NCBI GenBank assembly: GCA_038087875.1
Contig: CM075994.1
Span: 9,984,001 to 10,048,000 of the forward strand
DNA: 64,000 bases
Direction: 5' to 3'
Origin: Malacoraja senta
Taxonomy: Eukaryota
Of this stretch, positions 62,346-64,000 are shown piece by piece. The notes beneath the pieces were generated by a model. The model saw nothing but the letters and a program-made list of their open reading frames with translations, searched no databases and was not told where the DNA came from. A program made the translations under genes and the position numbers. Numbering within the stretch: the stretch's first letter is position 1; each line of letters opens with the position of its first letter.

Positions 62346-63751
62346 CTTCACACTGCCTTGGCAAGGCCAGCGGCATAATCAAGGATGAGTTGCCTATTTT
62401 CCCGTCGGGCAAGAGGCATGGAAGTGTGAAAACGCACATCTCCAGATTCGGGGACAGTTTCTTCCCATCTGTTTGGACTACGCAGTTGCATGGGACCCGT
62501 ACACAAATTTAAAAAAAATCTTCCATTGAACGTGTCCAAAGACAGGCAGCTCGATTTGTTACTAATGCCGTTAAGAGAGAAGCGAGTGTACAAACTTCTG
62601 AATTCAATGGTCGAGGTGGAACCCTCTCCAAGACAGACGTAAAGCTCACCGTTTGACCTGTTTTTTACAAAATGTTAAATGGTCAGCTCGACATAGATTA
62701 ATTCTGAAGAAGGGTTTCAGCCCGAAACGTTGCCTATTTCCTTCGCTCCATAGATGCTGCCGCACCCGCTGAGTTTCTCCAGCACTTTTGTCTATCTATA
62801 GATTATAAAACCTATTAGGAGCAGATGAGGGCATTCGATCCAATTTGAGATACCAGCTACCAAGACAGATGTGTACAGCAAATAATTCTTCCCCCGCACA
62901 ATTAAAGCATGGAATAGTCTTCACCCTACCATAGTTACTCAACCAGACACAACTAAATTTAAGGTAGCTCTTTTTTCCCAAGAACCCTTTTTTGCTTAAG
63001 TCCACCCTCCACCATCTTCAGTTTAAATTCCATTTGGAATATTTTTGGAGGACCAGGAAACCAAGAATCAGGCAACTGAACCATCCTACCAACAACCAGA
63101 GAGCAGTTCTGACTTACTACCCACCTCATTGGAGACCTGCAGACTATTTTTGATCAGACTTTACAGGATTTTATCTTGCACTTAACGTTATCCATGTTTA
63201 TTTTTATATGAATGTGTGTGTGTATATATATATTATTCATATTTATATATATAAACACACACTGGACTTTTTTCCTTGGTTATTATATTGTTTGCAGGGT
63301 ACAATGTTTACATACTCTGTTGTGCTGCTGCAAGTAAGCATTTCATTGGGACATATGACAATAAAACACTTTTAGCTATCATTTATCTGTACACACAAAA
63401 TGCTGGAGTAACTCGGCTGGTCAGGCAGCATCTCTGGAGAGAAGGAAGGGATAACGTTTCGGGTCGAGACCCTTTTTGAAGTTAAGGTTAGGGTGAGAGA
63501 ATGGTTTCGACCCATTCCTTCTCTCCAGAGATGCTGCCTGATCCGCTGAGTTACTCCAGCATTCTGTGTCTACGTTCGATCTAAACCAGCATCTGCAGTG
63601 TTTTGCTACACATGTACCTGTACACTGTGGATTGCAGTCAAGTCAAAAGAGTTTTATTGTCATCTGTCCCAGATAGGACAATGAAATTCTTGCTTGCTGC
63701 AGCACCACAGAATATTGTAAGCATGATACAGAACAGTTCAGCGTGTCTATA

Positions 63752-64000
63752 TAGATACATAGAAAATAGGTGCAGGAGTAGGCCATTCGGCCCTTCGAGC
63801 CTGATCATTCAACTCAGTATCCCGTACCTGCCTTCTCTCCATACCCCCTGATCCCTTTAGCCACAAGGGCCACATCTAACTCCCTCTTAAATATAGCCAA
63901 TGAACTGGCCTCAACTACCCTCTGCGGCAGAGAGTTCCAGAGATTCACCACTCTCTGTGTGAAAAATGTTTTTCTCATCTAGGTCTTAAAGGATTTCCCC
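63752..64000 (-). mobile_element. CR1 3' fragment running off the window end
   Basis: Same subfamily 3' UTR as 37024-37320. Confidence 0.85.

Overview
This is repeat-dense vertebrate genomic DNA with one 200-N scaffold gap (22808-23007). The repeat complement (many CR1-type LINE 3' fragments, a V-SINE/HE1-like SINE, Penelope GIY-YIG remnants, L1/Tx1, Rex1/Babar) suggests a cartilaginous fish such as a skate or ray; this is an inference. Most ORFs in the track are decayed retroelement fragments or microsatellite artefacts. Only two host protein-coding genes are well supported. Both are intronless, sit in CpG islands and are transcribed divergently about 22 kb apart: a linker histone H1 variant with an Arg/Lys-rich, Cys-containing tail (33921-34706, -) and a much more divergent H1-related gene lacking the winged-helix wing (56544-57041, +). 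Both have AATAAA signals and no canonical histone stem-loop. Highlights: (1) a near-full-length HERO-like (RLE) non-LTR retrotransposon whose 3' UTR contains the hammerhead ribozyme catalytic elements in a non-circularly permuted order; (2) many minimal Penelope-type hammerhead motifs, some as inverted pairs; (3) a CAAAGAT...ATCTTTG MITE family with 8-bp TSDs and 31-34 bp remnants resembling P-element excision footprints; (4) a Gypsy remnant whose primer-binding site is extended to a 50-nt copy of the tRNA-Leu 3' half; (5) a composite non-autonomous Helitron. Repeat boundaries were read by eye and are approximate unless TSDs are quoted.
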